36,702 nt of DNA from Minisyncoccia bacterium. GTDB lineage: Bacteria > Patescibacteriota > Minisyncoccia > UBA6257. The notes beneath the pieces were generated by a model. It searched no databases. It had not been told where the DNA came from and worked only from the letters and a program-made list of their open reading frames with translations. Made by a program: the position numbers and the translations under genes. The stretch spans positions 28,831 to 65,532 of the forward strand of contig JBNAWD010000001.1 in NCBI GenBank assembly GCA_049699995.1, in the 5' to 3' direction. Positions 9,362-17,118 of this stretch are shown piece by piece. How positions within the stretch are numbered: position 1 is the first letter of the stretch; the number at the start of each line of letters is the position of its first letter.

Positions 9362-9428
9362 AAGAAAATAAATGCTACCATCGCTGGAAAGAAGTAGCCG
9401 AAGCTATTTCTCACCTTTGATGGTAGCA
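9362..9428 (-). ncRNA. Candidate small hairpin RNA (cUUCGg loop)
   Basis: 13-bp perfect inverted repeat 9370-82/9419-31 enclosing GAAATAGC-TTCG-GCTACTTC, just downstream of a minus-strand promoter and followed by a U-rich tract. Confidence 0.45.
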
Positions 9429-9432
9429 TTTT

Positions 9433-9462
9433 ATTATAGCATAATTTTAAATTTTTTGTCAA
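9433..9462 (-). promoter_or_regulatory. Near-consensus sigma70 promoter, minus strand
   Basis: TTGACA-18 bp-TATAAT with extended -10 (TGcTATAAT). Confidence 0.7.
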
Positions 9463-9492
9463 GGTCCAAATTTTTAATAATTTTATCTTTTT

Positions 9493-9501
9493 TGCTATAA
9501 T
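9493..9501 (+). promoter_or_regulatory. Extended -10 promoter giving a probable leaderless EndoQ mRNA
   Basis: TGCTATAAT ends 6 nt before ATG 9508; no SD. Confidence 0.55.
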
Positions 9502-9507
9502 AAATCA

Positions 9508-10776
9508 ATGACTATTATTGCCGATTTTCATCTTCATTCCAAATATTCTCGAGCTACTTCAAGAAATATGGATCTTGAGCATATTTATTTAGCTGCCCGA
9601 GAGAAAGGAATTAATATTATTGGAACAGGAGATTTTACTCATCCTTTATGGCTCCAGGAAATAGAGGATAAATTAGAACCAGCCGAGGATGGTCTTTACC
9701 AACTTAAAAAAGAGATAAAAGAAGAAATAAATTCCCGCCTCGAAAACGAGGAAAAAATACGATTTATCGTTACCGGGGAAATATCCAATATTTATAGCAA
9801 AGAAGGGAAAGTTAGGAGAATTCATAATGTAATAATTCTACCGTCGATAGAATCGGCCCTCAAAATTAATAAGGTTTTATCTTGGCAGGGAAATTTAAAA
9901 TCCGATGGCCGACCGATTTTAGGCATGAGTACAGAAGAATTAATAAAAATCGTTTTTGAAATTGAACCAAAGGCAATGTTTATTCCTGCTCATATCTGGA
10001 CTCCTTGGTTTTCTTTATTTGGTTCAATGTCTGGATTTGACTCCTTGGAAGAAGCTTTAGGGGACTACAAAAAATATATCACAGCCCTTGAAACAGGTTT
10101 ATCTTCGGATCCAAAAATGAACTGGCGAGTTTCCGAACTTGATCCTTATTCTTTGGTCTCCAATTCCGACGCCCATTCTCCGGATAATATTGGTCGAGAA
10201 GCCAATGTTTTTGATCTTAATTTTTCCTATTCTGAAATTAGGGAAACTCTCATTAAAAAAGAAAAAAATAAATTTTTATATACTGTGGAATTTTTCCCGG
10301 AAGAGGGCAAATATCATTATGATGGGCATAGAATGTGTAAAATCAGAATGTCTCCCGAGGAAAGAAAAAAAGTTAACAGCCTTTGCCCGGTTTGTCATAA
10401 ACCCTTAACAATTGGTGTTTTATCTCGAGTAGATGAATTAGCAACAAGACCAGAAGGGGAGATGCCTTCTAATGCTATTCCTTTTAAAAGATTAATCCCT
10501 TTAAAAGAAATCATTGCTGAAGTTCTAAATACTGCTGAGAAAACAAAAATAGTTGATCAATATTATCGCGTTCTTATCAATAACTTTCAAAATGAATTCA
10601 ATGTTCTTCTAGAAGCTGATCCAAAAGAAATAGGAAAATTAACCGATGAAAGAATAGGGGAGGGAATAGAGAGGATGCGTAAAGAAGAGGTTTTTATTGA
10701 GCCGGGCTATGATGGGGAGTATGGCAAAATAAAAATATTAATCAATAATCATCATCCCACAAACACTCTCTTTTAA
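9508..10776 (+). CDS. Endonuclease Q family protein (PHP domain plus Zn ribbon)
   Basis: DFHLHSKYS, GTGDFTHP, PAHIWTPW, ETGLSSD, SNSDAHS, GKYH, CPVC, PGYDGEYG. Confidence 0.92.
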   Translation: MTIIADFHLHSKYSRATSRNMDLEHIYLAAREKGINIIGTGDFTHPLWLQEIEDKLEPAEDGLYQLKKEIKEEINSRLENEEKIRFIVTGEISNIYSKEGKVRRIHNVIILPSIESALKINKVLSWQGNLKSDGRPILGMSTEELIKIVFEIEPKAMFIPAHIWTPWFSLFGSMSGFDSLEEALGDYKKYITALETGLSSDPKMNWRVSELDPYSLVSNSDAHSPDNIGREANVFDLNFSYSEIRETLIKKEKNKFLYTVEFFPEEGKYHYDGHRMCKIRMSPEERKKVNSLCPVCHKPLTIGVLSRVDELATRPEGEMPSNAIPFKRLIPLKEIIAEVLNTAEKTKIVDQYYRVLINNFQNEFNVLLEADPKEIGKLTDERIGEGIERMRKEEVFIEPGYDGEYGKIKILINNHHPTNTLF

Positions 10777-10777
10777 T

Positions 10778-11134
10778 ATGACTAAAAATTTAATTGTCTA
10801 TTTTTTTAATAAAATTCTTTTTTATTTAAAAACATTTTTAACATTTTATTGCCTTGATTCTTTTACTTTCCTTCTTTCTTTTTATAAAAATTTCTCTAAT
10901 GAGTTTGAAAGAATAAATGGTTTTTTAATTCATTTCAAGTATTTCTTTACTCCTTTATGGAATATCTATTCTTTGCCAGCTTATATTTTAAGTATCCCTA
11001 TTAGAATTGTAAAAATATTATTTGGTTTACTTTGTCATTTAATAATGATGATACTTATTCTAATAACTTATCTTTTTTGGTTATTTTTGCCTTGGTCTCT
11101 CTTTTTTTGGAATATTTTTAAAAATAAATTATGA
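10778..11134 (+). CDS. Hypothetical membrane protein coupled to the Clp ATPase gene
   Basis: Hydrophobic C-terminal half, FFTPLW motif; ATGA overlap with the next gene. Confidence 0.75.
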   Translation: MTKNLIVYFFNKILFYLKTFLTFYCLDSFTFLLSFYKNFSNEFERINGFLIHFKYFFTPLWNIYSLPAYILSIPIRIVKILFGLLCHLIMMILILITYLFWLFLPWSLFFWNIFKNKL

Positions 11135-13635
11135 ATAAAAATAATTACTATTTTTTCGAAGATGCCTATTGTTTTTGGCCTGCTTATAAGAGAATAATCT
11201 ATAAGTCCCTCCTTACCGGCTTGATCTCTTTGGGGTTTATTTTTTCTTGTTTTTTTCTTATTTTTAAATTATCTTTTCTAAAAGAACTATCTCCTTTTTT
11301 ATTGTTTTTCTTTATTTATCTCAGTTTTAAAAAAAATCGTCCCGAATTATACTTCCCGCTCTCGGAAAAAAAGGGGGAGAGAAAGATTAATCTCGCTCAT
11401 TTTATTACCCCCTCTTTAAAGGAAGCGTTAATTTTTACCCGAGAAAATCTTTCCCTTCTTTTACCAGAAGCCAGTTTATTAATCATTTTATTGAATGAAA
11501 AAAAGATTAAAGAAAATCTTTTAAAATTAGAAATAAAAGAAGGGGAAATAAAAGAAATAAAGGAAAAGATATTTAAAGAATTTAAAATAGATTTCAACTA
11601 TGATCAAAAGTTAAAAGAAACTCTAAACAATTTAGCTCCAAGGCTAAAAGAGGTCGCCAATTCATTAAATTTAAATTATATCAATGAAGAAGTCTTCTTT
11701 TTAGCCTTAATTGAAAATTTTCCTGAATTAGAAGAAATCTTTTTAAACTATAAAGTGAGTAAAGAGGATTTAAAGATCATTTTTAAGTTGGCGCAATTAA
11801 AAAATAAAAAGATTAGTGTCTTGATTGGCCTTTCGGAATTAGAGAGAAATATTTTTAGAGAAATAGAAAAAATAAAAGTCAACCCTTCTTTAACCTCTCG
11901 GCCAACCCCTTTATTAAACAAATACGGCCTTGATTTTACTGAATTAGCTAATTCTTTAAAGATAGGAATAATGATAGGACATAAAAATGAGTATAATTCT
12001 CTATTAAATATTTTAACTCGAGAAGGTAAAAGAAATGTTCTTTTAATCGGACCGTCAGGAATTGGTAAAGAAACAATTGTCTCGTATTTGGCTTATAATA
12101 TTGTCAGAGACAATATTCCTCCAGTTCTAAAATATCATCGATTAATCTGTATTTCTTTAAGCTCTTTTTTGAGCGCGGAAAAAGATTATGTTGCTTTATA
12201 TAATATTTTAAAAAGAATAATTGAGGAAGTCATTTTGAATAAAGATTTAATTATTTATTTCAAAGACTTCTATCTCTTCAAAACTTTCTCTGATGAAAGT
12301 GGTTTTTCCGCTTTAGACGCCCTGCAACCTCTTTTCGACTCTCCTTTCATTAAAATTATTGCCGATAGTCCTTTAAATGAATTTCATCGTTATTTAGAAA
12401 ACCATCCTTTAATAAAAGAAAATTTTGACTTGATAGAAGTAAAAGAAGTTGACCCGAATGAAGCGGTTGAAATTTTAACCCTTCGGTCCTTAGAATGGGA
12501 AAAGAAAAAGAAAACAACGATTTCTTATAAAGCCATCAAAAGATCAGTCTTCTTGGCGGAAAGATTTTTTAAAAATATTCCTTTGCCCTCTTCGGCTGAA
12601 AATCTTTTAACCGAAACCATTGAAGGAGTTAAAAGAGAAAATAGAAAGATTGTTGAAGAAAACGATGTGATCAATTTGGTTAGCCGAAAAACGGAAATAC
12701 CTTTAGAAGTATCAACAGAAGAAGAAAAAGAAAAATTGTTAAATTTAGAAAACATTATCCATCAATATATCATCAATCAAGAAGAAGCAGTCAATTTGGC
12801 GGCTTCTTATTTAAGACAATACCGGGCAGGATTAGCAGAGACCAAAAAACCAATTGGGGTTTTTCTTTTTGTGGGACCAACTGGAGTAGGGAAAACAGAA
12901 CTTTCTAAAACTTTAGCTAAGATCTATTTTGGAAATGAAAAGCTAATGATAAGGTTTGATATGAGCGAATATCAAGATCAAAGAAGTATTTTCCGGTTTA
13001 TCGGAGATCCCGAAGGCAATATCGTTGGAGAATTAACAGAGGCAGTAAAAAGAAAACCTTATTCTTTGATATTATTAGATGAATTCGAAAAAGCCCATCC
13101 TAAGGTTTTAGATCTTTTCCTGCAAGTCTTTGATGAAGGTCGATTAACCGATAATTTTGGCGAAACAATTGATTTTACTCAAACAATTATTATTGCCACC
13201 TCTAATGCTCGGTCGGATTATATAAAAGAAGAATTATCAAAAAATACTCCTTATGAACAATTAAAGGAAGAATTCAAAAAAATTCTTTTAGATTATTTTA
13301 AACCAGAGTTATTAAATCGTTTTGACGAAATAATTATTTTTAAGCCCCTAACAATAAATAATTTAGAAGAAATTGTAAAATTAAAATTAAATTCGTTCAA
13401 AGAGCAAGTTTTTGAATCCCAATCTCTAATTATAGATTTTGAAAAAGAAGTGATAAAAAAAATAGCCGAGTTAGGATATAACCCAATTTTAGGAGCCAGA
13501 CCATTAAATTCTGTTATAAGAAAAATGATTAAAGATCCGTTAGCGAAGATGATTTTATCTTTTAAGGAACTACCAAAAGAAAAAAATATTGTTTTTTGTT
13601 TGGAAAATAACCAAATTATTTTAAAAGAGAAATAA
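11131..13635 (+). CDS. ClpA/B/C-family AAA+ ATPase with N-terminal TM helices and a degenerate first AAA module
   Basis: NBD2 GPTGVGKTE, RFDMSEYQ, LLDEFEKAH, FKPELLNRFD, GARPL; NBD1 GPSGIGKE and YFKDF are atypical. Confidence 0.92.
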   Translation: MNKNNYYFFEDAYCFWPAYKRIIYKSLLTGLISLGFIFSCFFLIFKLSFLKELSPFLLFFFIYLSFKKNRPELYFPLSEKKGERKINLAHFITPSLKEALIFTRENLSLLLPEASLLIILLNEKKIKENLLKLEIKEGEIKEIKEKIFKEFKIDFNYDQKLKETLNNLAPRLKEVANSLNLNYINEEVFFLALIENFPELEEIFLNYKVSKEDLKIIFKLAQLKNKKISVLIGLSELERNIFREIEKIKVNPSLTSRPTPLLNKYGLDFTELANSLKIGIMIGHKNEYNSLLNILTREGKRNVLLIGPSGIGKETIVSYLAYNIVRDNIPPVLKYHRLICISLSSFLSAEKDYVALYNILKRIIEEVILNKDLIIYFKDFYLFKTFSDESGFSALDALQPLFDSPFIKIIADSPLNEFHRYLENHPLIKENFDLIEVKEVDPNEAVEILTLRSLEWEKKKKTTISYKAIKRSVFLAERFFKNIPLPSSAENLLTETIEGVKRENRKIVEENDVINLVSRKTEIPLEVSTEEEKEKLLNLENIIHQYIINQEEAVNLAASYLRQYRAGLAETKKPIGVFLFVGPTGVGKTELSKTLAKIYFGNEKLMIRFDMSEYQDQRSIFRFIGDPEGNIVGELTEAVKRKPYSLILLDEFEKAHPKVLDLFLQVFDEGRLTDNFGETIDFTQTIIIATSNARSDYIKEELSKNTPYEQLKEEFKKILLDYFKPELLNRFDEIIIFKPLTINNLEEIVKLKLNSFKEQVFESQSLIIDFEKEVIKKIAELGYNPILGARPLNSVIRKMIKDPLAKMILSFKELPKEKNIVFCLENNQIILKEK

Positions 13636-13637
13636 TT

Positions 13638-14096
13638 ATGATCAAAGAAATCTCAGGGGGATTAGTTATTTATTCTTTAGACTGGAAAAATAAAAAGATA
13701 AAGTACTTACTTTTAAAATACAGAGGGTTAACCGGAAAAATCTACTGGGGTTTAGTCAAAGGGCACCAAGAAAAAGGAGAAAAAATCATTCAAACAGTTA
13801 AAAGGGAAGCGAAAGAAGAAACAGGGTTAGAAATAAAAAATATTGATACTAAATTTAAAAAAGAAGAAAATTACTTCTTTAAAAGAGGAAATGAATTGGT
13901 GGCCAAAAAAGTAATTTATTTTTTAGCCAAAGCGCCTTCTTTAAAAATAAAGCTATCTGAAGAACATTTAGACTATAAATGGCTAAACCTAGAAGAAGCA
14001 AAAAAATTATTAAAATTTAAAAATTTAAAAAAAATCCTTGAAGAAGCAGAAAAATACCTTCAAAGAAAAAGTCTTAAAAGTGGTAAAAAGAATTAA
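13638..14096 (+). CDS. NUDIX hydrolase (Ap4A hydrolase-like)
   Basis: WGLVKGHQEKGE...REAKEETGL Nudix box; LSEEH..YKW. Confidence 0.9.
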   Translation: MIKEISGGLVIYSLDWKNKKIKYLLLKYRGLTGKIYWGLVKGHQEKGEKIIQTVKREAKEETGLEIKNIDTKFKKEENYFFKRGNELVAKKVIYFLAKAPSLKIKLSEEHLDYKWLNLEEAKKLLKFKNLKKILEEAEKYLQRKSLKSGKKN

Positions 14097-14349
14097 AAAA
14101 GGGCAAGTTATGACCTATAAAGAGGTAGCTAAATTGGCTGGTTCGCCTTTGGCTTGGCGAGCAGTGGGTAATATTTTAAAAAGAAATTACGATCCTAAAA
14201 TTCCTTGTCATCGAGTAATAAGAAGTGATGGGAAAATAGGAAATTATAATCGAGGGGCAAAAAAGAAAAAAGAGCTGTTAAGACAAGAGAGAGCTCTTTT
14301 AAGCCTTCAAAATTCAAAAAGAAAAATTAACTTTTTACCAATTCTATAA
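14038..14349 (+). CDS. O6-alkylguanine-DNA alkyltransferase family protein (C-terminal domain only)
   Basis: GQVMTYKEVA, RAVGN, IPCHRVI with the active-site Cys; TTG start. Confidence 0.88.
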   Translation: MKKQKNTFKEKVLKVVKRIKKGQVMTYKEVAKLAGSPLAWRAVGNILKRNYDPKIPCHRVIRSDGKIGNYNRGAKKKKELLRQERALLSLQNSKRKINFLPIL

Positions 14350-14674
14350 TTTTTTCCATTACCTCGGGATTTTTTTCAGATAATTCAGCTAATATTTTTC
14401 GATCTAATTTAATATTCTTTTCTTTTAATAGTTTAATAAAATCTTTATAAGAAAGATTTTTAGAGCGGCAAAAGGCATTAATTTTTACTATCCATAATCT
14501 TCTTTTTTCTCTTTTTTTTCTCTTCCGATCTTTAAAAGCATGAGAATAAGCATGCAATAACGCTTCCCGGGCTAACCTTTCTTTTGATTTTCTTCCCCAG
14601 CGAAAACCTTTTGTTGCTTTTAAAATTTTCCTTCTTTTTTTACGAGCAATAATTGCTCCTTTAACTCGAGGCAT
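14327..14674 (-). CDS. rplT: 50S ribosomal protein L20
   Basis: MPRVK, KGFRWGR, DRKRKKR..RRLWI.KINA, LDRKILAEL. Confidence 0.97.
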   Translation of the reverse strand: MPRVKGAIIARKKRRKILKATKGFRWGRKSKERLAREALLHAYSHAFKDRKRKKREKRRLWIVKINAFCRSKNLSYKDFIKLLKEKNIKLDRKILAELSEKNPEVMEKIIELVKS

Positions 14675-14685
14675 AAATTGAAAAA

Positions 14686-14886
14686 TTATTTAATAGAAAG
14701 ATTTTTAAAAACAATGTTTTTTTTCACCCCTAAAGGAACTAGTTTTTTCTTGTTCCTTTTGGTTTTAGAAGAATCCAAAGTTCTAGTGTGGCCAATATGA
14801 GATTGGCGTCGCAGGATTTTTCTTTTTTTTGTAACTTTCAGTCTTTTTTCAAACAAATGTTTAGCCATTTTTGTTTTAGTACCCAT
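14686..14886 (-). CDS. rpmI: 50S ribosomal protein L35 (divergent)
   Basis: KRLKVT..KILR....H, basic, 66 aa, located between infC and rplT. Confidence 0.85.
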   Translation of the reverse strand: MGTKTKMAKHLFEKRLKVTKKRKILRRQSHIGHTRTLDSSKTKRNKKKLVPLGVKKNIVFKNLSIK

Positions 14887-14895
14887 AAAAAATTA

Positions 14896-15384
14896 TCAAA
14901 AACTTATAATAATAAAAAAACCGTTGGGAGTTCTTTTTAGGGGTTGTATTATTTTATACGATTTATTTATTTTTGTCAAAAAATTCTTAATTTTTTGTTC
15001 CGCAATATCAAAATGACTTTTTTCTCTGCCTTTTAAGAAAATTTCTATTTTTACTCTTTTTTCTTCCTCTAAGAATTCATTAGTTTTTTTAGCTTTAATG
15101 TTTAAATCATTTTCCCCTTCGTTAAAACCGATTCGGATAGTTTTTAAAATGTTCTTCCTTTCGCTTAACTCCTTTTTCCTTAATTTCTTTTCTAATAGAT
15201 ACCTTTCTTTTTCCCAATTGCCCAATTTATAAACCGGGGGATCGGCTTTTTTTGTTATTTCTATTAAATCTAAATGTCGCTCTTGGGCTATTTCAAGGGC
15301 TTTTTGATAAGAGATAATCCCTATTAATTTACCGTTTTCGTCAATTAAACGAATTTCGTTAGCCAAATTCTTTCTCTTGTAAAT
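14896..15384 (-). CDS. infC: Translation initiation factor IF-3, probable AUU start
   Basis: EIRLIDENG, ALEIA...LDLIEI...PPVYK, KGRE. The ORF-track start 15426 lies inside the tmRNA T arm; an in-frame ATT is at 15384 (alternative TTG 15366). Confidence 0.9.
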   Translation of the reverse strand: MYKRKNLANEIRLIDENGKLIGIISYQKALEIAQERHLDLIEITKKADPPVYKLGNWEKERYLLEKKLRKKELSERKNILKTIRIGFNEGENDLNIKAKKTNEFLEEEKRVKIEIFLKGREKSHFDIAEQKIKNFLTKINKSYKIIQPLKRTPNGFFIIISF

Positions 15385-15401
15385 AAATAATCTTTTATAA
15401 G

Positions 15402-15730
15402 TGGAGATGGTGGGATTTGAACCCACGTCTAAAAAGGTTCTTTAAAACCTTCTACGAGGATAGTTTATTTTTATTTTCTCAAGGAAAGGCAAATAAACAA
15501 ACCTTTTCCTTGATAGCTACCTTATTTTTTCTAATAGTTTCCGATAGCAAAAAACTATTAGATAAAGATTGAAATTCCCCGCTGTCTCTTAACTCAGCCT
15601 ATGCATAAGCATAAGCTGGTTGATAGTTGTTTTTGGCATTTATTGATCTCTCGATTTTTTAATGAGGTAACGAGAGTTCCTCGCCTCGCCAGTTTTAAAG
15701 AGCGCCTTTTTATCAAATCCGGTCATCCCC
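15402..15730 (-). ncRNA. ssrA: tmRNA (about 329 nt)
   Basis: 5' GGGGATG pairs with 3' CATCTCC-A (G3.U); T arm GTGGG-TTCAAAT-CCCAC; helix 2 TAAAAAGG/CCTTTTTA and TCTTTAAAAC/GTTTTAAAGA; pk1 GAGG/CCTC plus CTCTCG/CGAGAG; adjacent to smpB. Confidence 0.95.
15599..15637 (-). other. tmRNA tag reading frame (A)AKNNYQPAYAYA*
   Basis: ATAAAT|GCC resume context after pk1; TAG lies in the CAGCTTATGC/GCATAGGCTG hairpin. Confidence 0.85.
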
Positions 15731-16199
15731 AAATTTCTCCTTTTTTCGCTTTTTCAGTCCTTCTTTTTATTTCTCTCTCTTTAATTTTTAATTTCTTACT
15801 GTATTTCTTTCTCTTTTTAGCTAAAGCTAAATCTACTTTAATAAAGCCAGTATAATCATTATACACTTTTAGGGGTATTAATGTCAAGCGCTTCTGTTCT
15901 ATTAAATTCTTTAATCTTAAAATTTCTTTTTTATTTAAAAGAAGTTTTTTTGCTCTTTTAGGGTCATAATCAGAAGGAACATTATTGGGCTGATAGGGAG
16001 AAATATGAAAATTTATTAGAAAAACTTCGTTATTTTTATTAATAACACCATAGACTCCCTTTAAAGAGCCTTTTTTCGCCCTTAATGACTTCACTTCAGG
16101 GCCTCTTAAAACTATTCCGGCTTTTTTTACCTCTAATATTTCGTAATCATAAGGGGCCCGAGTGTTTTCTAATAAAATTTTGATTTCTTCTTTTTTCAT
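15723..16199 (-). CDS. smpB: SsrA-binding protein SmpB
   Basis: ENTRA.YDY, AGIVLRGPEVKSLR, HISPY, DPKRAKKLLL.KKEI, LIPLKVY. ATG 16199 is preferred over TTG 16217, which lies in the promoter. Confidence 0.95.
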   Translation of the reverse strand: MKKEEIKILLENTRAPYDYEILEVKKAGIVLRGPEVKSLRAKKGSLKGVYGVINKNNEVFLINFHISPYQPNNVPSDYDPKRAKKLLLNKKEILRLKNLIEQKRLTLIPLKVYNDYTGFIKVDLALAKKRKKYSKKLKIKEREIKRRTEKAKKGEIWG

Positions 16200-16207
16200 T
16201 TTCTTTA

Positions 16208-16236
16208 ATAATGACAAATTTTTTGAAATTTCTCAA
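16208..16236 (-). promoter_or_regulatory. Promoter for smpB-ssrA (near-leaderless)
   Basis: TTGAGA-17 bp-CATTAT with TG extension, 8 nt before ATG 16199. Confidence 0.5.
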
Positions 16237-16245
16237 AAAAAATAA

Positions 16246-16279
16246 CAAAAAAAGAAATTAGGGAGAGTTGCCTCTCCCT
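16246..16279 (-). terminator. Intrinsic terminator
   Basis: AGGGAGAG-GCAA-CTCTCCCT then AATTTCTTTTTTT on the minus strand. Confidence 0.75.
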
Positions 16280-16285
16280 TGAAAA

Positions 16286-16462
16286 TCAAAATTTATCTTC
16301 GGATAGACTATCCCACTCTTCTTGCCTAGACAAGGTGATCTTTAACTCTAATTGTTTTTTTAAAAATAACAATTTTTCTCTTTTCCCCTCACTAATATTG
16401 TTTTTCAATTTTTTTTCGATACCTTCTAAATTTTCTAAATATTTTAAGACTCTGCTTTTCAT
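16286..16462 (-). CDS. Small hypothetical protein (58 aa, helical)
   Basis: SD AAAGGAGGT 7 nt before ATG 16462 (MKSRVL...); has its own promoter and terminator. Confidence 0.7.
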   Translation of the reverse strand: MKSRVLKYLENLEGIEKKLKNNISEGKREKLLFLKKQLELKITLSRQEEWDSLSEDKF

Positions 16463-16469
16463 TGCCCAT

Positions 16470-16524
16470 ACCTCCTTTATTAAAGAACTCCCCATAGAAT
16501 AACATAAAAAGAACTAAAATTCAA
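16470..16524 (-). promoter_or_regulatory. Promoter, boxA-like motif and SD
   Basis: TTGAAT-17-TATTCT (TG-extended), GAGTTCTTTAATAA, AAAGGAGGT. Confidence 0.6.
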
Positions 16525-16548
16525 ACAAATTCATTTTTTCTTGACTTT

Positions 16549-17118
16549 ATGGTATATTTAGAAAAATGGGGGGGAGAAAATATAACTAAAGGGAAAACAA
16601 TCAAAGAACCAAAATCTTCAAGGTTTAAAGAAAGGCTAAAAAAGCATGAGGGATTGTTAATTTGCCGAAATTGCCAAGCTGTTTATATTAATAAAGCCTG
16701 GCGTCATTTAAAGGATAATCAAAATAAAAAGAACATTAAAAAGGCCATTTGCCCTGCCTGCCTAATGAGGAAAAATAAAAACTTTGAAGGAGAGATAACT
16801 ATAGAATTTAAAACCGATATTAGCAATTCTTTAAAAGAAGAGTTAAAGAATTTAATAAATAATATTTCCCACACCGCTTATCAATTTAATCCTTTATCGC
16901 GAATTGGGGAATTTAAAGAAACAAAGAATAAATGGAATATCTATTTCACCGATAACCAATTGGCAAAAAGAATTGCGACAAAAATAAAAAATAATTTCCT
17001 TAAAAAAATTACTCAATCAGAGAAGAATCCTTACTTAAATGCTTCTCTCAAAATCACCAATCTTCAAGATAAAATTTCCAAAACAAAAATTTTTTTAATT
17101 TTTTATGAAGGGAAATAA
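16549..17118 (+). CDS. BCAM0308/NMD3-like Zn-binding protein (start uncertain)
   Basis: CRNCQAVY..KAW...CPAC....EGEITI, PLSRI, TDNQLAKRI. Confidence 0.65.
   Translation: MVYLEKWGGENITKGKTIKEPKSSRFKERLKKHEGLLICRNCQAVYINKAWRHLKDNQNKKNIKKAICPACLMRKNKNFEGEITIEFKTDISNSLKEELKNLINNISHTAYQFNPLSRIGEFKETKNKWNIYFTDNQLAKRIATKIKNNFLKKITQSEKNPYLNASLKITNLQDKISKTKIFLIFYEGK

Noticed and set aside
15385-15426. N-terminal extension of infC from GTG 15426
   Set aside because: Mostly the tmRNA T arm and acceptor stem.
15599-15637. Tag rich in Q-decoded Asn/Tyr codons as a link to the que genes
   Set aside because: Asn/Asp/Tyr-rich tags are normal for tmRNA.
15435-15705. boxA-like GCTCTTTAAAA and GTTCTTTAAAA inside ssrA
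   Set aside because: These are the two strands of tmRNA helix 2; explained by pairing.
15601-15855. 84-aa + strand ORF
   Set aside because: Antisense to tmRNA and smpB; a shadow ORF.
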